From NCBI GenBank assembly GCA_030390025.1, contig CM059432.1:125800001-125864000 (forward strand): a DNA stretch of 64,000 nucleotides, in the 5' to 3' direction. A program made the translations under genes and the position numbers. Shown one piece after another: positions 51,461 through 64,000 of this stretch. Under the pieces are notes generated by a model, which worked only from the letters and a program-made list of their open reading frames with translations, ran no database searches and had not been told where the DNA came from. Source of the DNA: Squalus acanthias (lineage: Eukaryota). Position 1 is the stretch's first letter; each line of letters opens with the position of its first letter.

Positions 51461-52519
51461 ATGGTTTTGCTAACTCCTCCTAATCTCTTTGGATCGGCAA
51501 CTGTTTTGGACCATTTTTTATGTTAAAGGATCCATATAAATGAAAGTTGTCATCCTCTGAAGTTTGCCACTGAGCTCCTTACCTGACTTACAGAAGCCCC
51601 AAAATTCCTGGGGCTGTCATACACAATGTAACTGACTACCATGATTTCATAGTTGAAGGAATCACATTAGAGACAAAATGATCAAAGAATGCAACTGTAG
51701 AAATATCCATCAAAGCAAACTAGTGATCTGCTACAGTTTAATCATTGTAGCTTTACGATTTGACTTGTGTTCGCAGTGCTTGCTCAGGTAATTTTAGTTC
51801 TTAAAGCGGCTCTGCCCCACAGTGGTCATTTTTCATTAATGCAACCCACTCTCAGAATTGGGCTTTTGGTTATAACACTATTATATGACTATTAGATCAA
51901 GCCTCAGTGATTTCCCTTTGACACTTCATGTAATGTAATGTGTAAGTTACTTTAGTATGCACTTTCTCATAATATGTAAAATACTTGGCTCTCAGGCTGT
52001 GTTGTATTGAAAATAGGGAACAATATATTTCAGAAGTGTTCATCCATTAGGCCTTAGCAGATAAAAAATTGATGTTAACCATAGAATTTACTTTGTAATT
52101 CTGCCCTCGGATTTTGCTTGGCTAAAATATCGATGCAAATGTATACATTGAAATCAGAAGCCATTATAGTTTAACCAGTTGAGGTAATGATTTCTATTTT
52201 TCATTAACAATTGATAAAGCCCATAAGCTTAAAAGCAATAGCAATATCGGTGTAATTCACAAGGCATTCCTCTGTCCGCTATTTTGATTGAGACATCAAT
52301 CCATTTAAAATTACATTGCAAACATTAATTTCTAAGTACATAAAATTACCATTTCTTTCCTATTTTTTTCTCTCTCAAAGATTATAGAGCAATATATTTG
52401 GAGCTGCACTTTTTAATTATTAATTGTCAATGTATCAAGTGAGCTCCAGGAGACTGCAATAACTAGTTAGTATCACTGATCCCAGCAACCCCACAACCTA
52501 CTTTGAAAACTTGAAATGT

Positions 52520-53625
52520 GCTCCTCTCTCAGAAACTTGCCCAGCTCCCTTTTGAAGTTATGCAGGGAATCCATATTCACTGCACACTTCGCCAATCTGT
52601 CCAGAGATCAGTGATGCGCTGTGAAAAGAAATCCTTGCCACAATTTTACCTAATTCTTTGTTTACGTTTTATATACTCATGCTGCCTCGTTCTCCCATCC
52701 CTATCTAACTTAAATAACCTATCAAACCGGATAGAATCTATTCCTTTCATTATTTAAAAAAACGGAGTTGTATCTCCTCTAAGCTAGCATTTTTCGAATG
52801 AAAGCCCCAATTCCTTTCATCTATGCTGATGGTTAAGGACCCTAAAATTGGATGTCATTTTGGTTGTCCTCCTCAGGATCTTCTTCTGGGTCTTGATATC
52901 CCTTGCTATGTGTTGGGACCAGAATTGGACATAGTTCTCTAAATGTGGTCATACCAAAGCCTTGTACAAGCTAAGTATAGTGTCCCTTGTTTTATATTGT
53001 ACTGTTCTTGCAATACACCCTAAAACTCAATGGTCTATTCACAGAGCTTGTGAATCAACAATGTTTTATCCACTGTGACCTCCCACCCCACTCCCCAGTC
53101 CTTCTGCTCTACAACCTTTAATGGAAATTCCTGCATGTTATACACATGCCTGGAATTACCCAGACCCACGTGCGTCATACTACATTTATTCACACTGAGG
53201 AACATTTTCCACACATGGGCCCATTCCCCTAACGTATCGAAGTCAGACTATCCTATTTACTTGATCTAAGTTCCTAACTCCAGTGCACATTTTTGTGTCA
53301 TCAGCAAACTTGTGAATAATGCTATTAATGCCCTCACCAAGATCACTTCTGAAGATGGTGAAGAGCAATGGTCCCAACATGGAACCCTGTAAGATTCCAC
53401 TTGTGACTTGGTCTCATGCAAGACTACTTTCATTATTGGTTACTTGGTGCCTACAAGAATGCAACCAATTTGCTATCCAGCCTAATATCTGACTGCCAAT
53501 TCCACAAGATGAAATCTTACCCAATTACCTTCTGTGTGACACTATCAAAGGCTTTCTGGAAATCAAGGTATAAAATATCAACTGGACTGCTATAATCCAC
53601 TAACCTTGTCACTTCTTCAAAGAAT
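52520..53625 (-). mobile_element. Old CR1-type LINE fragment
   Basis: Degenerate YLDFQKAFD, QGSMLGP and KFADD motifs on the minus strand. Confidence 0.7.
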
Positions 53626-56411
53626 AGTTAAACCATGTATGAAAAGAACGAAACAAACTACTAATATTTCTCCAGCACAATCTATCTGCTGAAGCCCCTG
53701 ATCAGGAGGCTTAGGGCTCGATTTTAATAGCCCTGAGGAGGCGGGTCTGCAGCGAAAATCGGAAAAAACGGCTTCAGACACCCAGCCCGCCTCCATCCCG
53801 CCCCCACCCGATTTGAGAGTGTCTGTTCAGCCGCTCCCAAACTGACTCGACTGGAACCGGTGTAGTTAAGGCAGTTAAGAGCCTGTTAAATGCCTTGCTA
53901 ATCCTATTTGCATAGTGGTTTCCCATTTTCGTGCTTCCGGCTCCTGTTTCTCGACTTGTCAGAAACAGGCCAGGTTCAAGGAGACGAGTTGCTGGAGGAC
54001 ATGATTTGTATTCGTTGGTGGAGCGCTTTAAAAGCGCCCCTGAAACATGGCTGACATTCAAATGCAACAACTTTGCTGTTGTAGGTATGGGATAAGATTT
54101 TGCACGTCTACTGACCTTTTGACTGTTCAAGCTGACACCCACCTGCAGTGTGACCTGAATGGAATAATTTCAGGCCACTGCAACTGTGCGCTTGCAAGCT
54201 TGTTCCCTCGAATGAAATCTATAGCAAGGGGATGGGAAAAATTTATGTCCTCTCATCCTGGTCCCCATAATCGGAAGAGTAGCAGCCGCGTGGCCTCAGC
54301 GCAGATCTTCCTGGGAAGAGGAGGAGGAGGAGGATGAGGGGCGCCTTGCGTGCCCTGTTGTGACCAATGCAGCATCCCTCCAGTTCACTGCTGCCCATCA
54401 AGCAGGGTATGCACACTGCCATGCCACATTCGCATAAGCTTACTCTTCAACCATAGGTGGCTACCATATGGCTCTGTATTTGTAGGCGACATTTGTCCAA
54501 CGTCATACATCATCTCTGCTATACTCGGTTATTTCCTATCACTTTCACCATCAGCATTACAAAAGCAAGTCGCCCTGAGCCCTCAATGCGCTTTTGTCAT
54601 TTCCCAGAACACATAGGCCACACAATCAACTATTTGCCATAATTTTTCTTTTACACACGACAAAAGGATCATAAACCAACAACAATCAGAAAAAAAAGAT
54701 AAAACACTCACGTGAGTCCCCTTGTGACTATAGGTGCTTAATCTTTCTCTTACGCATGCTTCTACGTGGTGCTTCCCCTGTGGCTTCAGATGTAGAGGCA
54801 CCTTGCTGACTAGGATGCTGCGCCTGCTTAGAAGCCTTTGGCGGGCGTCCTCTGGGTTTGGGAGCCTGGGAGGGCTCTTCAGCAGTCTGCTCTTCCTGCA
54901 GCTGTGCAGGGGCTGAAACGGCCATCTCAGTTGTCTCCGCAAAGTGGGTCTCTGACCAAGGGCTCCGTAGTGGCATGGTCGTGTGAGCGCTTTGAGAGGA
55001 GCCCACACTTCCTTGTGTCCTGCCAACAACATCCCTCTCATGGGTCAGCCGCACCTCAGTGCTGGCAAGTGGCTGGAGAGCACCTTGCTGCACATCAATG
55101 GGACCATGAGGACCCGTATCTGCACTGGCAGTCCTCATCACAAGGATGTCCATGAAGCTCTGGTCTCTCTGCTCAATAGCTGACCATCGCTCCTCCAGAG
55201 ATGACATTCTATTTTGAACAGTCACCATGTTTTCCTGACTCTGGCGACTTAATTCCTCCATGGCGGTAGCCAGCCTTTCCACGGAGGTTGCCATCCTATC
55301 CATGGTGGTGCGTTCATGTGCCATTGCCTCCACCACGATAGTGCTGATGTTAGAGATGGACTCCTCCATTCTATCCACACTCACACTAACCATGGAGGCA
55401 AACCCTTCCAGAAACTCCTGCACTTATTCCTGTATTTCACGAACTGCTTTTTCTGGATGGCCCCAGAAGCATAACGTCTGCATGCAGCTCAACAGAGCTA
55501 GGAGAGTCCTGCGACTCCGCCGAGGACACTCTACTGCTGTCGCTGTCTCCACCATCTGCTGATGCTCACTTGTGCGCTGTGATAGACCAGGTGGCAACAG
55601 TGCTCTAACTCGCGAGGGCCCCACCGAGGTGTGTGTTGCTTCGCTGGTGCTGGGTGCGCCGAGTCCTGGTGACGCTGCTTCCTCAGAGGCTTCAGGTTCC
55701 TCTGAGGAGTCGCCCAGCTCTTTGTCCTGGATCGTGGGGAGGGGGGGGGCGCTCGATGGTCCTGTGGGAGAGTAAAGGCATGATTTAGACATCTGATATT
55801 GATGTAGCGGACACATCCTTTTGTGCAGATGATACAATGCGATTCCCTATGAACATCATATGCCATTGCAGTCAATCACTAAATGTCAGTGAGAGGGATG
55901 AAAGTCTATTATGTCACCAGCTACCTCTAGTGTGCCCGTCTCTCCATCGTCCACTTCCAGGTCCTCGCCAGCTCCAACAATTTCGTATGCAGCCTCCTCC
56001 GCACTGGTCAATGTGGCTAGGGTAGGTGTACCTCCTCCAGTCAGTGCTCTCTCCCTCTTATTCTGGGCTATCTATTCCTGCAAGGAGGGACACAAGCGGA
56101 GTTTCAACCACAGTGATGGAGTGAGTGTGAAGAATCCCTACCATAGAAGCTTTGAGGGAGACGAAGATGGGGTAAGGTGCCAAGAGGAAGGTAGCTCCCT
56201 GTGTGCTGTTAGTTGTTGTCACTGCATGACAGTGAGAGCGAGTCTAAGGGGTGCATAGGTAGGATGCTGAAGTGATTCAGTGCAGAGACCGAGATGGATA
56301 GGAAAGGATGCAAGGGAAGTAAGAGTAAGGTGGGATGTGAAGAAGGAGGCTTACAAAGCAGAGTGCTGGTGAAGAGAAGGGAAGCAGATTGAAGGAAAGT
56401 GTGATGGGATA

Positions 56412-59400
56412 AAAACAAAATGCTGGAAATACTCAGCAGGTCAGGCAGCATCTGTGGAGAGAGAAACAGAGTTAATGTTTCAGGTCGATGACCCTTCGTC
56501 AGAACTGGAAAAAGTTGGAGCTGTAACAGGTTTTTAAGCAAGTGTAGGGGCAGGGAGAGGGGGGAGGGAGGAAAGAACAAAAGGGAAGGTCTGTGATAGG
56601 ATGGAAGGCAGGAGAGATTAAGAGACAAAAGGGATGGTGGTGCAAGGCAAAAGGAGATGGTAATGGACGAGTTAAGAAACAAAAGATGACTAGATGAAGT
56701 GTAAATGGCAATGGCAGGATGATCAACAGCTGCCATGTGAGAGAAAGAGAGAAAAAAAATGATAGGGGCAGAGGTTATGGTCTGAAATTGTTGAACTCGA
56801 TGTTGAGTCCAGAAGGCTGTAAAGTGCCTAATCAAAAGATGAGGTGCTGTTCCTCGAGCTTACGTTGAGCTTCATTGGAACAGTGTAAGAGGCCGAGGAC
56901 AGAGAGATCAGAGTGGGAATGGAGCGGTGAATTAAAGTGACAGGCGACCGGAAGCTCGGGGTCACCCTTACGGACTGAACGGAGGTGTTCTGCAAAGCGG
57001 TCACCCAATCTGCGTTTGGTCTCCCCAATGTAGAGGAGACCGCATAGTGAGCAACGAATACAGTATACTAAATTGCAAGAAGTACAAGTAAGTCGCTGGT
57101 TCACCTGGAAGGAGTGTTTGGGGCCCTGGACAGTGGGAAGGGAGGAGGTAAAAGGGCAGGTGTTGCATCTCCTGCGCTTGCTCGGGAAGGTGCTGGGAGA
57201 AGGGGAAGGGGAAGGGGTGTTGGGGGAGATAGAGGAGTGGACCAGGGTGTCGCGGAGGGAGCGGTGCCTTTGGAATGCTGAAAGGGGAGGTGAGGGGAAG
57301 ATGTGTTTGGTGGTGGGATCACGCTGGAGATGGCGGAGGATGATCCGTTGAATGTGGAGGCTGGTGGTGTGAAAGGTGAGGACAAGGGCAACCCTATCGT
57401 GGTTCTGGGAGGGGGGCAAGGGGTGAGAGCAGAAGTGCGGGAAATAGAATGGCCACGGTCAAGGGCCATGTCAACCACGGTAGAGGGGAATCCTTGGTTG
57501 AGGAAAAAGGAAGACATGTCAGAAGCACTAGTATGAAAGGTGGCATCGGCTGAGACGGAGAAACTGGGAGAATGGAATAGAGTCCTTACAGGAAGCGGGG
57601 TGGGAGGAAGTGTAGTCCAGGTAACTGTGGGAGTCAGTTGGCTTATAGTGAATGTTTGTCAATAGCCTATCCCCAGAGATGGAGACAGAGAAGTCGAGGA
57701 AGGGAAGGGAAAAGTCGGAGATGGACCATGTGAAGGTGAGGGAAGGGTGGAAATTGGAAGCAAAGTGAATAAAATTTTCTAGTTCAGGGTGAGAGCAGGA
57801 AATGGCACCGATACAGTCATCAATGTATCGGAAAAAGAGGTGAGGGAGGAGACCTGAGTAGGACTGGAACGAAGAATGTTCCACATATGCCACGAAAAGG
57901 CAGGCATAGCTAGGACCCATGCGGGTTCCCATAGCAACACCTTTAATTTGGAGGAAGTGAGTGGAGTCAAAGGAGAAGTTGTTCAATGTGAGAACAAGTT
58001 CAGCCAGGCGAAGGAGGGTGGTGGTGGAAGGGGAATGGTTGGGTCTCTGTTCAAGGAAGAAGCGGAGCGCCCTCAGGCCATCCTGGTGGGGGATGGAGGT
58101 GTAGAGGGATTGGACGTCCATAGTGAAAAGGAGACGGTTGGGGCCAGGAAACTGTTAAAGTGGCGGAGGGTGTTGAAGAGTTGCGGATGTAGGTGGGAAG
58201 AGACTGGACAAGGGGAGAAAAAATAGAGTTCAGATAGGAAGAGATAAGTTCCATGGGGCAAGAACAGGCTGAAACGACGGGTCTACCAGGGCAGTCCTGT
58301 TTGTGGATCTTGGGAAGGAGGTAGAAGCGGGCTATGCAGGGTTGGGGAACTATGAGGTTGGCGGCCGTGGAGGGAAGATCTCCAGAGGAGATGAGGTCAG
58401 TGACAGTCTTGGAAACGATGGCTTGATGTTCGGTAGTGGGGTCATGGTCCAGGGGGAGGTAGGAGGAGGTGTCGGAGAGTTGGCGTTCAGCCTCCGCTAG
58501 ATAGAGGTCGGTTCGCCAAACAACAACAGTGCCACCCTTGTCAGCGGGTTTAATGACAATGTTGGGGTTGGATCTGAGAGAATGGAGTGCTGCAAGTTCA
58601 GAGGGAGGTAGGTTGGAGTGGGTAAGGGGAACAGAGAAATTGAGACGGCCGATGTCACACCGGCAGTTTGCTATGAAAAGATCTAGAGAGGTTAAAAGGC
58701 CAGGTGGAGGGGTCCAGGTAGAACGAGAATTCTGAAAACGGGAGAAAGGGTCAGCTGTGCGGGGGGAAGACTCCTGACCAAAGAAGTGGGCATGGAGATG
58801 AAGGTGACGGAAAAAGAGCTCAGCGTCGTACCGAGCTTGAAATTCATTGAGGTGGGGGTGTAAGGGGATGAAGCTCAGGACTAATCATTTGGGGTCAGAG
58901 GGGAAGGTCAGAGGGGATAGTGAAAACACGGCAGCGGGGTGAGATTGGAAGAAGGGATGGGGTCAGAGGAAAGTGCAGGGGAAGAAGGTTCCGGAGGGGC
59001 ATTGGTGTCCAAGAGTTGTTGAAGCTTACAATCCTTGACACCTGAAAGGAAGAAAAAATGAGTTTTCTTAAAGCGCCGGATGAGGTGAAGGATGAAATGG
59101 AACTGCGGACCAGGACAGCTTTGAGACAGAGTGAGTCGGTGCTGCTGAAGAGAGAGGTCGAGAGTGTGCATGTGGCGGCGCAAGGCATTGAGCGTGGATC
59201 TCAGGATACGGCGAGAGCAATAGTTCAAGGAATGCTGAATATCTCGGAGATATCTGTAATCCTGGGTGGATCCAAAACATGAAGGGTGGAATTTCAATTG
59301 GAATCCACGTGGAATAAGTCGGAACCAGAGACAGTTGCTGAGGAAAGAGATGTGGCTGTGAAAACAAGTTTTGATAGATACCTGATCAAACACGAGAAGG

Positions 59401-59657
59401 GAAACAGAAAGCAATGACAATGAACAAGGTAAAAGAGACAAACGGATATCCTGTCGGAGAGAAGAGCAGAACTTCTTCAAGGTGGGCATTCCTAGAGAAG
59501 TGGCAGTGAATTAAACACTAATACTAAAGCAAAATACTGCGGATGCTGGAAATCTGAAATAAAAACAGAAAATGCTGGAAATACTCAGCAGGTCAGGCAG
59601 CATCTGTAGAGAAAGAAACAGAGTTAACGTTTCAGGTCGATGACCCTTCATCAGAAC
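56412..59657 (-). mobile_element. Near full-length Penelope-like element with direct pseudo-LTRs (family B), degenerate ORF
   Basis: N-terminal region (58908..59489), RT (57528..58121), GIY-YIG (56832..57419); direct repeat about 56412-56508 / 59559-59657; 7-bp TSD TGGGATA (56405-56411, 59658-59664). Confidence 0.93.
56470..56507 (-). ncRNA. Hammerhead motif in the 3' pseudo-LTR (helix III mutated)
   Basis: CAGTT-CTGACGA-AGGGTC-atc-GACCT-GAAAC-ATT-AACT; a G>A change breaks the palindrome. Confidence 0.65.
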
Positions 59658-59659
59658 TG
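59622..59659 (-). ncRNA. Hammerhead motif at the 5' end of the PLE
   Basis: CAGTT-CTGATGA-AGGGTC-atc-GACCT-GAAAC-GTT-AACT. Confidence 0.8.
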
Positions 59660-60519
59660 GGATACTCACTTTTGATGTTCGCACAAGATCATTAAACCTT
59701 TTTCGGCACTGGATCCAGGAGTGTGAACATATGGATCTTGCGTTGACCTCCCCAGCAATGTGCAGCCAGGCTGCCTTGGTCTGCTGAGGAGGCTTCCTCT
59801 GGCCATCAGGAGGGAAGAGAGTCTCCCTGCGCCCAGTTTCCACAAGAGCATGGAGGGACTCATCATTAAATCGAGGAGCTGCCTTGCCTCTGGAAGAGGT
59901 CATTGTGGATAGATCAATTCTCACTGAGTATCAGAATGCAGAAGAGAAAGGCTTAGGCTGAATGGCAACTTTAAAACCAGCTGCTAAGATGACATCATCA
60001 GAGGCGGCCAGCCGACCCGATCGCACTCATTGGACCAGCCAGTGCGCCCCAATGAAATCAACAAGCTCATTAAATCAAAATTGGACATCAGCAGCTGATC
60101 CCGCCGGAAGCGGCACCGGAACCCACCCACCAACTCCAACCCCCCTCGGAAATAAAAATCGAGCCCTTACAGTCCCTTTGTCTGGAATAATCATGACAGT
60201 CTTGAAAAATATATTGTGCTGCTTTAATATTTCTGGTAATTAATCTGAGTTATTCTTTTTACATATCAATGGAATGCTGTCTTTATTCAGCAGTGTTTTA
60301 GGACAGATTTTATGTGGAGCTCGGAATAGCTAGCTGGTAGTGCAAAGCCAGCCAAAAGCACAGTGAACGACAGTCTGTCTGATATTTTCAACACATTTGC
60401 ATAATTGTCGAGCTTTCCTGTTCAGTTTTGGCTTTGAGGGGAGTGGAAAATGGTGCTGCCGTTGAAATCTAAAGATAGCTGGTAGCAAGGCACCAAAAAT
60501 TCTTAGAGCTTTTACAATT

Positions 60520-62156
60520 TTTTTTTAATATTCGTTCATGGGATGTGGGCGCCGCTGGAAAAACCAGCATTTATTGCCCATCCCTAATTGCCCTTGAGAA
60601 GGTGGTGGTGAGCCGCCGCCTTGAACCGCTGTAGTCCGTGTGGTGAAGATACTCCCACAGTGCTGTTAGGTAGGGAGTTCCAGGATTTTGACCCAGCGAC
60701 GATGAAGGATCGGCGATATACTTCCGAGTCAGGATGGTGTGTGACTTGGAGGGGAACTTGGAGGTGGTGGTGTTCCCATGCGCCTGCTGCCCTTGTCCTT
60801 CTAGGTGGAAGAGGTCGCGGGTTTGGGAGGTGCTGCCGAAGAAGCCTTGGCGAGTTGCTGCAGTGCATCTTGTAGAATGTAAACACTGCAGCCACGGTAC
60901 ACCGGTGGTGGAGGGAGTGAATGTTTAAGGTGGTGGATGGGGTGCCAATCAAACGGGCTGCTTTGTCCTGGATGGTGTTGAGCTTCTTGAGTGTTGTTGG
61001 AGCTGCACTCATCTAGGCAAGTGGAGAGTATTCCATCACACTCCTGACTTGTGCTTTGTAGATGGTGGAAAGGCTTTGGGGAGTCAGGAGGTGAGACACT
61101 CGCTGCAGAATACCTAGCCTCTGACCTGCTCTTGTTGCCACAGTATTTATGTGGTTGGTCCAGTTAAGTTTCTGGTAAATGGTGACCCCCCCAGGATGTT
61201 GATGGTGGGGGATTCGGCGATTGTAATGCCATTGAATGTCATGGGGAGGTGGTCAGATTCTCGCTTGTTGGAGATAGTCATTGCCTGGCACTTGTGTGGC
61301 ACGAATGTTACCTGCCACTTATCAGCTCAAGCCTGAACGTCATCCAGGCCTTGTTGCATGCGGGCATGGACTGCTTCATTATCTGAGGAGTTGTAAATGG
61401 CACTGAACACTGTGCAGTCATCAGTGAACATCCCCATTTCTGACCGTCTGTTGGAGGGAAGGTCATTGGTGAAGCAGCTGAAGATGGTTGGGCCTAGGAC
61501 ACTGCCCTGAGGAACTCCTGCAGTGATGTCCTGGGGCTGTAATGATTGACCTCCAACCACCCCAACCATCTCCCTTTGTGCTAGGTATGACTCCAGCCAG
61601 TGAAGAGGTTTCCCCCCGATTCCCATTGACTTCAGTTTTACTGGAGCTCCTTGATGCCACACTCGGTCAAATGCTGCCTTGATGTCAAGGGCAGTCACTC
61701 TCATCTCACCTCCTGGAATTCAGCTCCTTTGTCCGTGTTTGGACCAAGGCTGTAATGCGGTCGGAAGCCAAGAGGTCTTGGCGGAACCCAAACTGGGCAT
61801 CAGTGAGCAGGTTATTGGTGAGTAAGTGCTGCTTGATAGCACTGTTGATGACCCCTTCCATCATTTTGCTGATGATTGAGAGTAGACTGATGGGGCAGTA
61901 ATTGGCCGGATTGGATTTGTCCTGCTTTTTGTGGACAGGACATAACTGGGCAGTTTTCCACATTGTCGGATAGATGCCAGTGTTGTAGCTGTACTGGAAC
62001 AGCTTGGCTAGAGGCGCGGCTAGTTCTGGAGCACAAGTCTTCAGCATGACAGCCGGGATGTTGTCGGGGCCCACAGCCTTTGCTGTATCCAGCACGCTCT
62101 GCCGTTTCTTGATATCATGTGGACTGAATCAAATTGGCTGAAGACTGGCTTCTGTG
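60520..62156 (-). mobile_element. Second non-LTR family (CR1/L2 group), RT and 3' end
   Basis: KAVGPDNIP, AQFGFRQ, ALDIKAAFDRVWH, GVPQGSVLGP, MFTDD; 3' tail near 60520-60590. Confidence 0.9.
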
Positions 62157-63378
62157 ATCATAGAGTCATAGAGTTATACAGCACAGAAAGAGGCCTTTCG
62201 GCCCATCGTGTCCGCGCCAGCCATCAAGCCCTGTCTATTCTAATCCCATTTTCCAGCACTTGGTCCGTAGCCTTGTATGCTATGGCATTTCACGTGCTCA
62301 TCTAAATGCTTCTTGAATGTTGTGAGGGTTCCTGCCTCTACCACCCTTTCAGGCAGTGAGTTCCAGATTCCAACCACCCTCTAGGTGAAAAAGTTTTTCC
62401 TCAAATCCCCTCTAAACCTCCTGCCCCTTACCTTGAAACTATGCCCCCTGGTTATTGACCCCTCTACTAAGGGGAAAAGTTCCTTTCTATCTACCCTATC
62501 TATGCCCCTCATAATTTTGTACACCTCAATCAGGTCCCCCCTCAGTCTTCTCTGCTGTAAGGAAAACAACCCCAGCCTGCCCAGCCTCTCTTCATAGCTG
62601 AAGCGCTCCAACGCAGGTAACATCCTGGTGAATCTCCTCTGCACCCTCTCCAATGCAATCACATCCTTCCTATATTGTGGCGACCAGAACTGCACACAGT
62701 ATTCCAGCTGTGGCCTAACTAGCGTTTTGTACAGCTCCATCATAACCTCCCTGCTCTTATATTCTATGCCTTGGCTTATGAAGGCAAGTATCCCATATGC
62801 CTTTTTAACCATCTTATCTACCTGTCCTGCTGCCTTCAGGGATCTATGTACATGCACATCAAGGTCCCTCTGATCCTCTGTCCTTCCTAGAGTCCTACCA
62901 TTCATTGTGTATTCCCTTGCCTTGTTAGTCCTCCCAAAATGCATCACCTCACACTTTTCAGGGTTAAATTCCATTTGCCACTGTTCTGCCCATCTAACCA
63001 ACCCGTCTATATCGTCCTGTAGCCTGAGGCTTCCCTCCTCGCTATTTACCACTCCACCAATTTTCGTGTCATCTGCGAACTTACTGATCATACCTCCTAC
63101 ATTCATATCTAAATCATTAATGTACACTACAAACAGCAAAGGACCCAGCACCGATCCCTGCGGTACACCACTGGACACAGCCTTCCAGTCACAAAAACAA
63201 CCTTCGACCATCACCCTCTGCCTCCTGCCACTAAGCCAATTTTGGATCCAATGTGCCAAATTGCCCTGGATCCCATGGGCTCTTACCTTCGTGACCAGTC
63301 TCCCATGCGGGACTTTGTGAAAAGCCTTACTGAAGTCCATGTAGACTACATCAACTGCACTACCCTCATCCACACACC
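62157..63378 (-). mobile_element. Young 5'-truncated CR1 LINE
   Basis: ORF 62381..63418 with YMDFSKAF, SGVPQGSVLGP, KFADD; tail (CTCTATGA)n near 62157. Confidence 0.93.
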
Positions 63379-63496
63379 TAGATGGTGGGGAGCTCAGGAG
63401 TAGGCCGATATGGATCATCCATTATTGTGTTTTAGAATGGGTGAAAATGCAAGGGGAAAAGTGCCAATCAAAAATGAAGAAAAAGGGAACCCATTT

Positions 63497-64000
63497 TGAA
63501 GCCTGGATGTTGTCCAGGTCTTTCTGCATGCAGGCATGGACTGCTTCATTATCTACTAAAGAATTGAAATTGGAGCTAAACATTATGCAATCATCAGCAA
63601 ACAGCCTCACTTTCTGATGATGAAGGAAAGGTCATTGATGAAGCAGCTCCAGAACTAGCCAAGCTGTTCCAGTACAGCTACAACACTGGCATCTACATGA
63701 CAAAGTGGAAAATTGCCGAGGTATGTCCTGTCCACAAAAAGTGGGACAAATCCAATCTGGCCAATTACCGTCCCATGAGCCTAATCTCAATCATCAGCAA
63801 AGTGATGAAAGGTGTCGTCGACAGTGCTATAAAGCGGCACTTATTCACCAATAACCTGCTCACCGATGCTCAGTTTGGGTTCCGCCAGGATCACTTGGCT
63901 CCAGACCGCATTACAGCCTTGGTCCAAACAAAAGAACTGAATTCCATAGGTGAGGTGAGAGTGACTGCCCTTGACAACAAGGCAGCTTTTGACCTGAGTG
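63497..64000. mobile_element. Rearranged fragments of the second non-LTR family
   Basis: About 63497-63645 is minus-oriented (LFADD); about 63645-64000 is plus-oriented (KLFQYSYNTGIY..QFGFRQ..ALD.KAAFD). Confidence 0.75.

Larger units (their letters stand above)
54728..59903 (-). pseudogene. Three-exon Harbinger Myb/SANT-like gene (exons 59903-59670, 56077-55918, 55761-54728)
   Basis: MTSSRGKAAPRFNDESL..AAWLHIA..SWIQCRKRFNDLVRTSK|E*IAQNKRERALTGGG; GT-AG introns with consistent phases; one stop and a frameshift in exon 3. Confidence 0.8.
53714..60166. mobile_element. PIF/Harbinger element with both ends, carrying a nested PLE
   Basis: 12-bp TIRs GGGCTCGATTTT / AAAATCGAGCCC; TSD TTA (53711-53713, 60167-60169); minus-strand Myb gene; weak plus-strand transposase remnant at about 54300-54560. 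Confidence 0.92.

Overview
Repeat-rich vertebrate genomic DNA, most likely from a shark or other cartilaginous fish (inferred from the repeat families). One host gene can be supported: a minus-strand ZNF706-family gene encoding a complete 76-aa protein in two coding exons that the ORF track missed. It has a 3'UTR intron and a CpG-rich promoter whose 123-bp GC-box/CCAAT module is present three times in tandem. Most of the rest is nested transposons: CR1 and L2 LINEs, tRNA-headed SINEs, PIF/Harbinger elements and derivatives, hAT-like MITEs, a possible DIRS/Ngaro relic and Penelope-like elements (PLEs). The main finding is a PLE system. Two TSD-flanked fold-back insertions, one near full-length element and several tiny solo or palindromic derivatives carry minimal type I hammerhead ribozyme motifs, with compensatory stem changes between two families. 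Hammerheads in PLE pseudo-LTRs are known in general; these particular loci and their arrangement are read here from the sequence and are untested. Boundaries of old repeats are approximate.
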